From assembly GCA_041694815.1 (NCBI GenBank), contig JBGFSC010000015.1, positions 1 to 27,059 on the forward strand: a stretch of DNA of 27,059 nt, given 5' to 3'. The first letter of the stretch is position 1. Each line of letters opens with the position of its first letter. The translations under genes and the position numbers were made by a program. Shown one piece after another: positions 8,088 to 16,589 of this stretch. Source of the DNA: Elusimicrobiota bacterium. GTDB taxonomy: Bacteria; Elusimicrobiota; Elusimicrobia; UBA1565; JACRDR01. Under the pieces are notes generated by a model. That model had not been told where the DNA came from. It worked only from the letters and a program-made list of their open reading frames with translations, and did not search any database.

Positions 8088-8687
8088 ATGTCCGCGGACG
8101 TTCTTCTCCTTAATAAGAACTTCTACGCGATACAGATCACCAGCTGGGAGAGAGCCATTTCTCTCCTTTATATGGAGCGAGCCCTGGTGGTCGACGAGGA
8201 TTACCGCACCTACGATTTCGAGAACTGGCTGGAGCTCTCCAAGACCATCGCGGAGCACCCGGCGGGATTCATCCACACGCCGACCTGGCGCATCGCGATC
8301 CCGGAAGTCATCGCCCTCAAGATTTTCGAGAAGGTGCCCCGCTGCGAAGTGACCTTCACGCGGCGCAACATCTACCGGCATTACAAGTACCGCTGCTGCT
8401 ATTGCGGCCAACGCTTCCCCTCGACGGAGCTCAACCTCGAGCATATCCTTCCCCGTTCGCGGGGAGGGCGCACGGATTGGACGAACGTCGTCACCTCCTG
8501 CATCCCGTGCAACCTGCGCAAGGGGAATCGACTCCCCTTGGAGGCGGGCATGCGCCTGAGGATCGAGCCTAGCCGGCCGCAATGGCCCCACGTGACCGCT
8601 CTTTCGCTGCATTCCCCCGTCCCCATACGGCGCTCCTGGCAGAAGTTCATCGACGCGGCCTACTGGGACAGCCAGCTCGAAGACTGA
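8088..8687 (+). CDS. HNH endonuclease (McrA-like)
   Basis: VLLLN...I.I.SWERAI.LL; TRRNIY; CCYCG...LNLEHILPRSRGG...WTNVVTSCIPCNLRKGN. Start placed at 8088 rather than 8082 because of the promoter position. Confidence 0.92.
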   Translation: MSADVLLLNKNFYAIQITSWERAISLLYMERALVVDEDYRTYDFENWLELSKTIAEHPAGFIHTPTWRIAIPEVIALKIFEKVPRCEVTFTRRNIYRHYKYRCCYCGQRFPSTELNLEHILPRSRGGRTDWTNVVTSCIPCNLRKGNRLPLEAGMRLRIEPSRPQWPHVTALSLHSPVPIRRSWQKFIDAAYWDSQLED

Positions 8688-10367
8688 TTGCCCGTCGAAA
8701 AAACCCCCGAAGAGAAGGCGCGCGCCAAACACGTGCATGGGCTCATCATGCTGCTTTGCGGCGGCATATTCATCGCCGCCGGCGCGGCTGCCGGATATCT
8801 GGCCTTCGCGGGCCGCGCCGGCCTCCCGCGCGGCCTCCGGTGGCTGTTTGGCCAGAGATCGGGGATCGCCGCGATACCCTCCTTGGAGGACCGTCCCGCC
8901 GACGCCGAGTCGCCCGTGCGATGGAGCTCCTGGGGCCGGGAAGCCTTCGAGCAGGCGAGGGGTAGCCGCCGTCTGGTATTGCTCCAGCTTAGCCCCCGTT
9001 GGGGGCATTGGACGCATTTGATGGACGCTGAGACGTATTCGGATCCGGCGGTGGCCGCTTGGATCCGCAAGCATGTCGTAGCCGTGAGGCTCGATCCCCA
9101 TGAGAGGCCCGACATCGCCCGGCGATATCTGTCGCGCGTCCCGACCGCGGCGCTGCTGCTGCCGAGCGGAGAATCGCTCTCGCAGGCGGCCTATGTCCCG
9201 TCCGGCCGTTTCCTCGCCTGGGCCGAGCAGGTGTCCGGCAGCGCTCGCAAGTCATGGGACGAGATCGACGCAGCGGCGCGCCGGGCGCGCAAGGCAGCGC
9301 ATGAGAAGGCGGGGTCTCTGCTGGGTCCGCAGCGGGACACCCTCTGGAGACAGATGAGCCCGGCGGAGCGGCGCTCCGCCGCGGAGCGCGCCGTGAGCGG
9401 GGGACTCGCCGCAGCTGAAAAGCTCGAGCAGGCGCCGCAGCGCTTCTTGCGGACGCAGCTTGTCTCCCTGTGGAAGGAGGCCTCTCTGCCGCGGTGGCGG
9501 CGCCATCTTAAAGAATCCCTCCGTCTCGAGGACCCGGTCTGGGGGGGATTCTACCGCTATTCCTCCTGTGCGGACTGGAAATGCCCCGAATTCGAGAGAA
9601 CCTTATCCGGCCAGGCCGCCGCCATCGAATCGCTCGCCCTCTCCGGAGAGCCGGACTTAACCGGGGCTGCGCTCAAGGCTGTCGCCTTCGTCGAACGATT
9701 TCTCAAGCAGAAGGAGGCTTATGCCGACGCGATGGATTCCGATGTCCGTAGGGGCTCTTCCTGGATCGACGGGGCCAGGTATTTCGCCCTAGACGAGCGC
9801 GGGCGTCTGCGGCTCGGCCTTCCCGAGATCGATCGCTCGGCCTACACCGCTCCTAACGCCGAGCTCGCGACGGCCTATCTGTTGGCCGGCAGGGCCATGC
9901 GCCGAGCGCCCCTGCTCGAATCCGGCCTCCGCCTACTGACGGCGCTCGAGCCTCGGATGGATTCCAGAGGCGCCTTACGGCGCCAAGGGTCCGGCGGGCC
10001 GTGCGGCCTACTCGAGGACCAATTGGCGATGGCTCGAGCGGAGTTGGCGGCCTTCGCCTGCACGCGCCGCGAGCCTTATCTCCACAGGGCTCGCAAGGCG
10101 TTGTCCTTCGCGTTGGGGCCGTTGCGCGATCCGTCGACCGGCGGCCTGCTTTTGAAGGCGCCGGAGGCGCGGGTGGCGGGCGATTGGCCCGAAGCCGTGG
10201 ACCCGGACGCCAGCGCGGCGGCGGCGCTTGTGGCCGATGATTTGGCCCGCTTGAGCGGGAAGGAATCAGACGGCAGGCGAGCTCGGGCGATGCTCGAGTG
10301 GGCCATGGCGCGCGAGGGGGCCATCGATCCCGTCCTTCTGGCGCGCGTCGCCCTCAGATTGCGTTAA
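8688..10367 (+). CDS. membrane-anchored DUF255/YyaL (SSP411)-like thioredoxin-domain protein
   Basis: N-terminal TM; SPVRWSSWGREAFEQA...LVLL...WGHWTHLMDAETYSDPAVA..I....VAVRLD..ERPDIARRY; DPVWGGFYRYS...W..P.FER.L. Confidence 0.85.
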   Translation: MPVEKTPEEKARAKHVHGLIMLLCGGIFIAAGAAAGYLAFAGRAGLPRGLRWLFGQRSGIAAIPSLEDRPADAESPVRWSSWGREAFEQARGSRRLVLLQLSPRWGHWTHLMDAETYSDPAVAAWIRKHVVAVRLDPHERPDIARRYLSRVPTAALLLPSGESLSQAAYVPSGRFLAWAEQVSGSARKSWDEIDAAARRARKAAHEKAGSLLGPQRDTLWRQMSPAERRSAAERAVSGGLAAAEKLEQAPQRFLRTQLVSLWKEASLPRWRRHLKESLRLEDPVWGGFYRYSSCADWKCPEFERTLSGQAAAIESLALSGEPDLTGAALKAVAFVERFLKQKEAYADAMDSDVRRGSSWIDGARYFALDERGRLRLGLPEIDRSAYTAPNAELATAYLLAGRAMRRAPLLESGLRLLTALEPRMDSRGALRRQGSGGPCGLLEDQLAMARAELAAFACTRREPYLHRARKALSFALGPLRDPSTGGLLLKAPEARVAGDWPEAVDPDASAAAALVADDLARLSGKESDGRRARAMLEWAMAREGAIDPVLLARVALRLR

Positions 10368-12145
10368 TTTTTCTTTTCCAGCCAGAGTCCGCCCAGCACG
10401 CAGGCGTCCAGTCCGCTTTTTAGATAAGAGGCTATCGCCTCGGCGGGCGTGTGCACGATCGGCTCGCCTTTGAGGTTAAAGGAAGTGTTGAGCAATACGG
10501 GGGAGCCCGTCGATTGGCCGACCCTCTCGATGAGCCGCCAATACGCCGGGTCCGAATCCCGGCGCACCAGCTGCACGCGGGCCGATCCGTCGGCGTGGGT
10601 GACGGCCGGTATGGCCGAACGCTTGGACGGGCGCACATCGGCCGTCAGAAGCATATAGCGGTAGGGGTAGGGGCGCCCGTCCTGTTCGAGCTCGAAGTAC
10701 TCGCCGGCGCGCTCGGCAAGCACCGAGGGAGCGAAGGGGCGGTAAGGCTCCCTGAACTTGATCTTGATGTTGACGATGTCCTTCATTTCCGGCTTCGTCG
10801 GCGAGGCCAGGATGGATCGGTGCCCCAGGGCCCGAGGGCCCCATTCGGCGCGGTCCCGATAGAATCCGATCACCTTGCCGGCGCTCAAGGCCTCCGCCGC
10901 CCGCTCCAGCAGCCCCTCCTCTCCCGGCTCGCTCGCCGCCAGGCCGGCGGCGGCCGCCGCGGCCCGGGCCTGCTCGTCCGAGAAAGCCTCCCCCCAAAAG
11001 GCGTGCTCCATGGCGAATCGGCGCGGCTGCCGGAGCAGGACATGGTGGGCGAACAGGGCGGCCCCCAGCGCCCCGCCGGCGTCTCCGGCGGCAGGCTGGA
11101 TGAATAGCTCCTTGAATCCGGTCTCGCGGAGGATGCGGCGGTTGGCCAGGCAATTGAAGGCGACGCCCCCGGCCATGCACAAGGCTTCGCGCCCCGTCCG
11201 GCGCTGCAGCGCGGACGCCATGGCCACGACCAGGTCCTCGACGACCTTCTGCACGCTGGCGGCGATGTCGGCGTATTCCTGGTTGCGCTCGAGCTCCGCG
11301 GGGGAAGGGGGGGTCGGGTCGTCGTAGAGGCTGGTGCGGGAGGTCACGAAGCGCGCCGAGGGGTCCCTCGGCTCTCCGAAGAGCCTCTCGAAGGCGCGGT
11401 TATACGTGGCATGGTCGCTGTAATGGAAGGAAAAATAATCCATGTTCAGCTCGAAGCTCCCGTCCGGGAAGCAGCGCACCAGCTTGCGGACCTTCTCCTC
11501 GTGGCGCGGGCTTCCGTAGGCGGCCATCCCCATCACCTTGTACTCGCCCTCGTTGACCTCGAAGCCGAGGAAGGCGGTGAAAGCCGAGTAGAGCAGGCCG
11601 ATGGAATGGGGGAAGCGGATCTCCTCTTCGAGCGAAAGGCGGCTGCCGTGCGGGCCGCTGGAGCCGAGCCCCCAGCTGGCCGTCGCCCATTCGCCGACTC
11701 CGTCGATGGTCAAGACCGCGGCGTCGGGAAAGGGGGAGCAGAAAAAAGAGGAGGCGGCGTGGGAGAGATGGTGGTCCACGAAGAGCAGGCGGGAGGCTTC
11801 GATGCCCAGGCGCTCGAGCAGTATGTTGCGGATCCAGAGCTTCTCCGAGAACCAGGCCTGCATCGCCTTGGGGAACACCCTCCAGGAGCGCGGCGCCGTG
11901 CCCACCAAGGTCTGCAGGAGGCGATGGAACTTGGAGAAGGGTTTCTCGTAGAAGACGACGTAGTCGAGATCCTGGGGGCGGCAACCGGCCCGGCGCAGGC
12001 AGAACTCGATGGCGTCCTTTGGGTAATGCGGGTCATGCTTGACGCGGGAATAGGCCTCCTGCATCCCGGCGGCGACCAGTCGGCCGTCCTCCAAGAGGGC
12101 GGCCGCCGCGTCATGATAGAAGCAGCTGATCCCTAGGATGCGCAT
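10364..12145 (-). CDS. carbamoyltransferase, CmcH/NodU family (SxtI-like)
   Basis: MRILGISCFYHDAAAAL, HHLSHAASSF, TIDGVGEW, GEYKVMGMAAYG, AGGVAFNC, PAAGDAGGALGAA, EWGPRALGHRSIL, KFRE.YRPFAPS, H.DGSARVQ, NTSFN. True ATG at 12145 (TGATG coupling). Confidence 0.96.
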   Translation of the reverse strand: MRILGISCFYHDAAAALLEDGRLVAAGMQEAYSRVKHDPHYPKDAIEFCLRRAGCRPQDLDYVVFYEKPFSKFHRLLQTLVGTAPRSWRVFPKAMQAWFSEKLWIRNILLERLGIEASRLLFVDHHLSHAASSFFCSPFPDAAVLTIDGVGEWATASWGLGSSGPHGSRLSLEEEIRFPHSIGLLYSAFTAFLGFEVNEGEYKVMGMAAYGSPRHEEKVRKLVRCFPDGSFELNMDYFSFHYSDHATYNRAFERLFGEPRDPSARFVTSRTSLYDDPTPPSPAELERNQEYADIAASVQKVVEDLVVAMASALQRRTGREALCMAGGVAFNCLANRRILRETGFKELFIQPAAGDAGGALGAALFAHHVLLRQPRRFAMEHAFWGEAFSDEQARAAAAAAGLAASEPGEEGLLERAAEALSAGKVIGFYRDRAEWGPRALGHRSILASPTKPEMKDIVNIKIKFREPYRPFAPSVLAERAGEYFELEQDGRPYPYRYMLLTADVRPSKRSAIPAVTHADGSARVQLVRRDSDPAYWRLIERVGQSTGSPVLLNTSFNLKGEPIVHTPAEAIASYLKSGLDACVLGGLWLEKKN

Positions 12146-12369
12146 CAGAACTGAGCGGAGGCCTCCTCCAAGGACTGGGTCTGGCGGGGCGGGCGGGTCC
12201 AACCCGAGCGGGGATTGAGGCGGACCCGGCAAACGAGGAAGAGGGGAGGGACGACCAGGAAGTAGAGCAGCACCAGCGTCGCCCAGGCCAAAAAGTCGAG
12301 GATGGCGCCGGCGACGCGCGCCCAGGCCCGCCAGAGCGCGAGCAAGACCTCCACGGCGCGGCGGGGCAT
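12145..12369 (-). CDS. SxtJ-like small membrane protein
   Basis: LWRAWARVAGAILDFLAWATLVLLYFLVVPP...SGW......QF resembles the SxtJ C-terminal half; ATG at 12369; typical context next to a carbamoyltransferase. Confidence 0.7.
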   Translation of the reverse strand: MPRRAVEVLLALWRAWARVAGAILDFLAWATLVLLYFLVVPPLFLVCRVRLNPRSGWTRPPRQTQSLEEASAQF

Positions 12370-12371
12370 GC

Positions 12372-12551
12372 TCAAAACAACGTGTAAATGAATGGGGTGA
12401 CGGGGGATTGGGTGGCCAGGAGGATAAGCCCGCAGAAGAGCAGCAAGGTCACGACGAGGGGGATCATCCACCAGAGGCGTTCGCGCCACAGGAAACGGAG
12501 CAATTCCCGAAAGGTCGATCCACGGCCTGCCAAGGACTTAAGCGCCTTCAT
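12372..12551 (-). CDS. DUF5989 / SxtK-like 59-aa membrane microprotein (absent from the ORF track)
   Basis: Translated by hand: MKALKSLAGRGSTFRELLRFLWRERLWWMIPLVVTLLLFCGLILLATQSPVTPFIYTLF; WWxxP and PFIYTLF motifs are family hallmarks. Confidence 0.9.
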   Translation of the reverse strand: MKALKSLAGRGSTFRELLRFLWRERLWWMIPLVVTLLLFCGLILLATQSPVTPFIYTLF

Positions 12552-12603
12552 GCCAAAATTGAAACATTTATGCGACGGAGTGTCTAGCGCCGCGGCCGAA
12601 GCG

Positions 12604-13731
12604 CTAAAAGCCGTATTCCTTGGCCAGGACCCGCATGATCTCGTCGGCGGCGATCCGGTGACCGACTGCGTTCGGGTGGAGCAGGTCCCGGGCGACGAAT
12701 ATCCTCTTGCCGCGGCCGGTCGAGCGCCGGAAGGGCTCGAGAAGGTCCACGAACTCGATGCCCTTGGCGGCCAGATGCCGTCGCAGGAGGCGCTGTGGCC
12801 TCTCGTCGCGGTAGCCCGGCGGAACCTGCAGGGCTACGGGGAATATCACCACCTTGAAGAACGCGCCCCTTTGGCGGGCGGACTCGTGTATCGCCTCGAT
12901 CACCTGGAGGGCGCGCGCCCAGTTCTCTTCCCGAAACATCTCCTCGAAGGCGTGCCGCATGCTCTCGAGGCTCCACCCCTCGAGCTTCTCGTTGCGCTTG
13001 ACGGCCGCGACGGATTCCGGATCTAGGGTGGCGACGAAATCCGAGGCGCTCGCGACTGGCCCGGCCGGTGGCGAGGCGCTCCCCTGGCGGGACCAGAGCC
13101 TCCCGAGCTTTCCCCGCAGGTCGGCCTGGTAAATCAGGAAGTACACGAGCCGGCTCTTGAGCAGCAGATGCTTGAGGCGGAAATGCAGGGGCAGGGGAAC
13201 TCCGGGCGCGAGCAGCGGCAGCGCCAAGGCCTTGGGGGCCGCGTCGTTCATGCACAGGAAAAGCAGCACGCCGTCGGGCTCGAAGCGCCAGGCCTTTCCT
13301 TGCAGGGTGAAATAATAGTCCCAGACATTGTAGCTCGTGGTGCCGAAATTGACGACGCGCAGGAGCTTGCCGCGGGGGAGGCGCTCGTTGACCCTCTTTT
13401 CAATGAGCCGCGGGGCGATCTCCTCGTAGGAAACCCTAGCGCCGTGGGCGATCGAATCGCCCAGGATGGCCAGGCGCCGCTCCCCGGCGGCCCTCGCGAG
13501 GGTGAAATCGGGGCCGCGCATACCCCAGCGGTTGTGTCCGTCCCATCGGCCCTCCGTGTATTCGAAGCGCGCGTAGGGGCGGCCCTCGTAGATGAGGCCG
13601 AAAGTCTTGGAGGCCCGGATCTGCGAGCCCGCGGACCAATTCAGATCCAGGGCGAGACGGCAGGCGAGCTCGGCGCAGGCGAGCCCGAGGAACACCCCCA
13701 GAAGGAGCAGCTTGAGCCTTTGGCGGAGCGT
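12604..13731 (-). CDS. membrane-anchored SGNH/GDSL-family protein
   Basis: LGLACAELACR anchor, NRWGMRG, LGDSIAHG (block I), VVNFG (II), MNDA (III), DLLHPNAVGH (V). Start uncertain: GTG 13695 or in-frame ACG 13731. Confidence 0.88.
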   Translation of the reverse strand, partial: TLRQRLKLLLLGVFLGLACAELACRLALDLNWSAGSQIRASKTFGLIYEGRPYARFEYTEGRWDGHNRWGMRGPDFTLARAAGERRLAILGDSIAHGARVSYEEIAPRLIEKRVNERLPRGKLLRVVNFGTTSYNVWDYYFTLQGKAWRFEPDGVLLFLCMNDAAPKALALPLLAPGVPLPLHFRLKHLLLKSRLVYFLIYQADLRGKLGRLWSRQGSASPPAGPVASASDFVATLDPESVAAVKRNEKLEGWSLESMRHAFEEMFREENWARALQVIEAIHESARQRGAFFKVVIFPVALQVPPGYRDERPQRLLRRHLAAKGIEFVDLLEPFRRSTGRGKRIFVARDLLHPNAVGHRIAADEIMRVLAKEYGF

Positions 13732-13732
13732 A

Positions 13733-14725
13733 TCAGACCTTGACGGATCTCAAGAAACGCGCGTTCTCCTCCGGCAGGGAGGGGTTGATGTACATCCCCG
13801 AGCCGAGCTCGAATCCCGCCGCGCGGCCCAGGCGCAGCACCAGGCTGATGTACCAATGGAAAGGCTCCGTCGTCCCCCGGTCCAAGGGAGTCGACTGGAT
13901 CACGAAGTTGTAGTCCGGGTTCTCGAGCCCCACGTGGAGCTTTTTGAGCACCGTCTGCAGCAGCCCCGCGAGGTCCCGGATCTCCTCGGCGGTGTTGTCG
14001 CCGAAGCTGGCGGCGTGCCGTTTCGGCAGGATCCACAGGTGGAAAGGGGAGAGGGCCGCGAAGGGGACGAAAGCCACGAATCTGGGGGAGTCCGCCACGA
14101 CGCGCTCGCCTTGGCGCAGCTCTTCTTCGACCATCTTGCAGAACACGCATACGCCGTTCTGGTCGTAATACTTCTGGGCTTCGTCCATGCGGTGGCGTAT
14201 ATGGGACGGCACGACGCAGGAGCCGATAAGCTGCGAATGCGGGTGCTCGAGGGAGGTGCCCGCGGACTCGCCGTAATTCTTGAAGAGCAGGGTCAAGGCG
14301 ACCTTGTTGTTCTGCAGCGAGGCGAGGAAGCGTTCCTTGTAGGCGGTCAAGAGGTCGAGCATCTGCTGAGGCTCCATGAGCGCGGGGTGCAGGTCATGGC
14401 GGGGGGAGTCGATGATGACCTCGTGGATTCCCTCGCCGGGGAGGCTGCGGTAGATGGCCTGCTTCGGGCGCTGGCCGGAGGGGGAGGGAACGAGCGCGGG
14501 GAATTTATTCGGCACCGCCCGCACGCGCCAGGCGCCGTTGCCCAGGGTATAGGTGGGCTCGCCGGTCAAGGATTCATTGCCCGGGCAGAACGGGCAATCG
14601 TCCTTTCTAGCCGGGGGGAGCTGCCTTAAGGCGCGGCGGTTCTTGAATTCGTTTGGCTTCTGTGCGCGGTCCTGGGCGATGATCACCCATTCCTTGGTCG
14701 CCAGGTTCTGTCGCAGTTCGGGCAT
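13733..14725 (-). CDS. galT: galactose-1-phosphate uridylyltransferase
   Basis: MPELRQNLATKEWVII, CPFCPGNE, NKFPAL, G.HEVII, NYGESAGTSLEHPHSQ (HxHxQ), AGFELGSG..IN...PE; start 14725 or 14731. Confidence 0.95.
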   Translation of the reverse strand: MPELRQNLATKEWVIIAQDRAQKPNEFKNRRALRQLPPARKDDCPFCPGNESLTGEPTYTLGNGAWRVRAVPNKFPALVPSPSGQRPKQAIYRSLPGEGIHEVIIDSPRHDLHPALMEPQQMLDLLTAYKERFLASLQNNKVALTLLFKNYGESAGTSLEHPHSQLIGSCVVPSHIRHRMDEAQKYYDQNGVCVFCKMVEEELRQGERVVADSPRFVAFVPFAALSPFHLWILPKRHAASFGDNTAEEIRDLAGLLQTVLKKLHVGLENPDYNFVIQSTPLDRGTTEPFHWYISLVLRLGRAAGFELGSGMYINPSLPEENARFLRSVKV

Positions 14726-14759
14726 CGTCACTCTCCTTGTCTATTGCGCTGCTGGGCGG

Positions 14760-16589
14760 CTACTCCTCCTCATCGAGCTTTTCCGCTTTTTTGCGTTGGC
14801 TGCGGTCCAAAATCTTCTTGCGCAGGCGGATCGATTTGGGAGTCACCTCGACGAGCTCGTCGGTTTCGATGAATTCGATGGCCTGCTCCAGGGTGAGCAG
14901 GCGCGGTGGGGTCAGCAGGATCGCCTCGTCGGAGGCCTTCGAGCGCATGTTGGTCAATGCCTTGGCCTTGCAAGGATTGACCACCAGGTCGTTGTCGCGG
15001 CTGTTCTGGCCGACGATCATGCCGGCGTAGACTTGGACGCCCGGGCCGATGAAGAGCACGGAGCGCTCCTGGAGATTCTGCAGCGCGTAGCCGGTGCTCG
15101 TCCCTTCCTCCTTGGCCACGAGCACGCCGTTGGCGCGGCGGGCCGCCTCGCCGGATTTCGGCGCGTAGCCATGGAAGCTATGATGCATGAGTCCCGTGCC
15201 GCGCGTCAAGGTGAGCATCTCGGACTTAAATCCCATGAGGCTCCTAGCCGGGATGATGTATTCCAGCCGCAGCCGGTCGGAGCCCTCGGTTTGCATGTTC
15301 TGCATCTGCGCCCCGCGGCGGCCCAGGCTCTCGAGTATGGCTCCCTGGTATTGGGACTCCAAGTCCACGACGAGGTATTCCGTGGGCTCGTGCTTGGCGC
15401 CGTTCTCTTCCTTATATATCACCTCGGGCCGCGAGACCGAGAGCTCGTAGCCCTCGCGGCGCATCGTCTCGATGAGCACCGACAAATGCAGCTCCCCGCG
15501 CCCGGAGACTCGGAAATTGCCCTCGCCGGGAAGCTCGTCGATGCGCAAGCCGACGTTGGTCTCGCGTTCCTTGAGCAGCCGCGCCTTGAGGTGCCGGCTG
15601 GTGACGAATTTCCCCTCTCGGCCGGCGAACGGGCTGTTGTTGACGGAGAACTCCATGGATAGGGTGGGCTCATCGATGACGAGCGGGGCCAGCGCCTCGG
15701 GGCGCTCGGCCGAGGCGATGGTGTCTCCGACGTCCACGTCCTCGAAGCCGGCGAGAGCCACGATATCCCCCGCCTGAGCTCGGGGGATCTCGCTGCGTTG
15801 GAGGCCGAAATAACCGAGAAGCTGGGTGACCTTGCCGACCTGCCTGGCTCCAGCCGCCTTGAGCAGCGCGACGGAGTCCCCCTTGGATACGGCGCCGTTG
15901 AAGATCCGGCCGATGGCTATCTTTCCCACGTAATTGGATCGGTCGAGCATCGTCACCTGCATCTGCAGCGGGGCGTCGGGGTCGGCCAGCGGGGCGGGGA
16001 CGTGCCGCTCGATGGTCTCGAAGAGGGGGGAGAGGTCCTTTCCCGGGCGTTCGGCGTCATAGGAGGCCCAGCCGGCCTTGCCGGCGGCGTAGACGACGGG
16101 AAAGTCGAGCTGCGGGTCGCTGGCGCCAAGGTCGATGAAGAGGGAGAAGACGGCGTCGAGCACGGCATGCGGCTTGGCGTTGGGGCGGTCCATCTTGTTG
16201 ATCACTACGATCGGCGCCAAACCGAGGGCCAGCGACTTGCGCAGCACGAATTTCGTCTGGGGCATGGGCCCGTCTTGGGCGTCGACGAGAAGAAGAACCC
16301 CGTCGACCATGCGGAGTATGCGTTCGACCTCGCTGCCGAAATCGGCGTGGCCCGGAGTGTCGACGATGTTGATGGTCTTGTCCTTGTACGGCACGGAGGT
16401 GTTCTTGGCCAGGATGGTGATGCCTCGCTCTCGCTCGAGCTCGCCCGAGTCGAGGACCTGCTCCTGCGCCTCCTCCGGCTTGACGATGAATTCGCCGGTC
16501 TGCTTGAGCATGGCGTCGACGAGCGTCGTCTTGCCGTGGTCGACGTGGGCTACGATGGCGATGTTGCGGAGGCTCTCGCGGCGGGTCAT
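14760..16589 (-). CDS. typA: translational GTPase TypA/BipA
   Basis: RNIAIVAHVDHGKTTLVD, ERERGITILAKN, DTPGHADF, NKMD, GRGELHL, EVTPKSIRLRK; ATG 16589 overlaps the glpK stop. Confidence 0.98.
   Translation of the reverse strand: MTRRESLRNIAIVAHVDHGKTTLVDAMLKQTGEFIVKPEEAQEQVLDSGELERERGITILAKNTSVPYKDKTINIVDTPGHADFGSEVERILRMVDGVLLLVDAQDGPMPQTKFVLRKSLALGLAPIVVINKMDRPNAKPHAVLDAVFSLFIDLGASDPQLDFPVVYAAGKAGWASYDAERPGKDLSPLFETIERHVPAPLADPDAPLQMQVTMLDRSNYVGKIAIGRIFNGAVSKGDSVALLKAAGARQVGKVTQLLGYFGLQRSEIPRAQAGDIVALAGFEDVDVGDTIASAERPEALAPLVIDEPTLSMEFSVNNSPFAGREGKFVTSRHLKARLLKERETNVGLRIDELPGEGNFRVSGRGELHLSVLIETMRREGYELSVSRPEVIYKEENGAKHEPTEYLVVDLESQYQGAILESLGRRGAQMQNMQTEGSDRLRLEYIIPARSLMGFKSEMLTLTRGTGLMHHSFHGYAPKSGEAARRANGVLVAKEEGTSTGYALQNLQERSVLFIGPGVQVYAGMIVGQNSRDNDLVVNPCKAKALTNMRSKASDEAILLTPPRLLTLEQAIEFIETDELVEVTPKSIRLRKKILDRSQRKKAEKLDEEE

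Noticed and set aside
8088..8687. HNH as an RNA-guided (IscB/Cas9-like) or restriction-system nuclease
   Set aside because: No RuvC motifs, no room for an adjacent ncRNA or array, no methyltransferase; it matches the common stand-alone type.
7407..9101. Long antisense ORFs (564 aa here; also 5714-7024, 13592-14629, 14553-15662, 17141-18148, 21481-22449)
   Set aside because: Shadow frames of well-supported high-GC genes; no motifs of their own.
10364..12551. Saxitoxin or antibiotic biosynthetic cluster (sxtI/J/K-like genes)
   Set aside because: No sxtA/sxtG-like, PKS or NRPS genes in the window; this trio is widespread outside toxin clusters.
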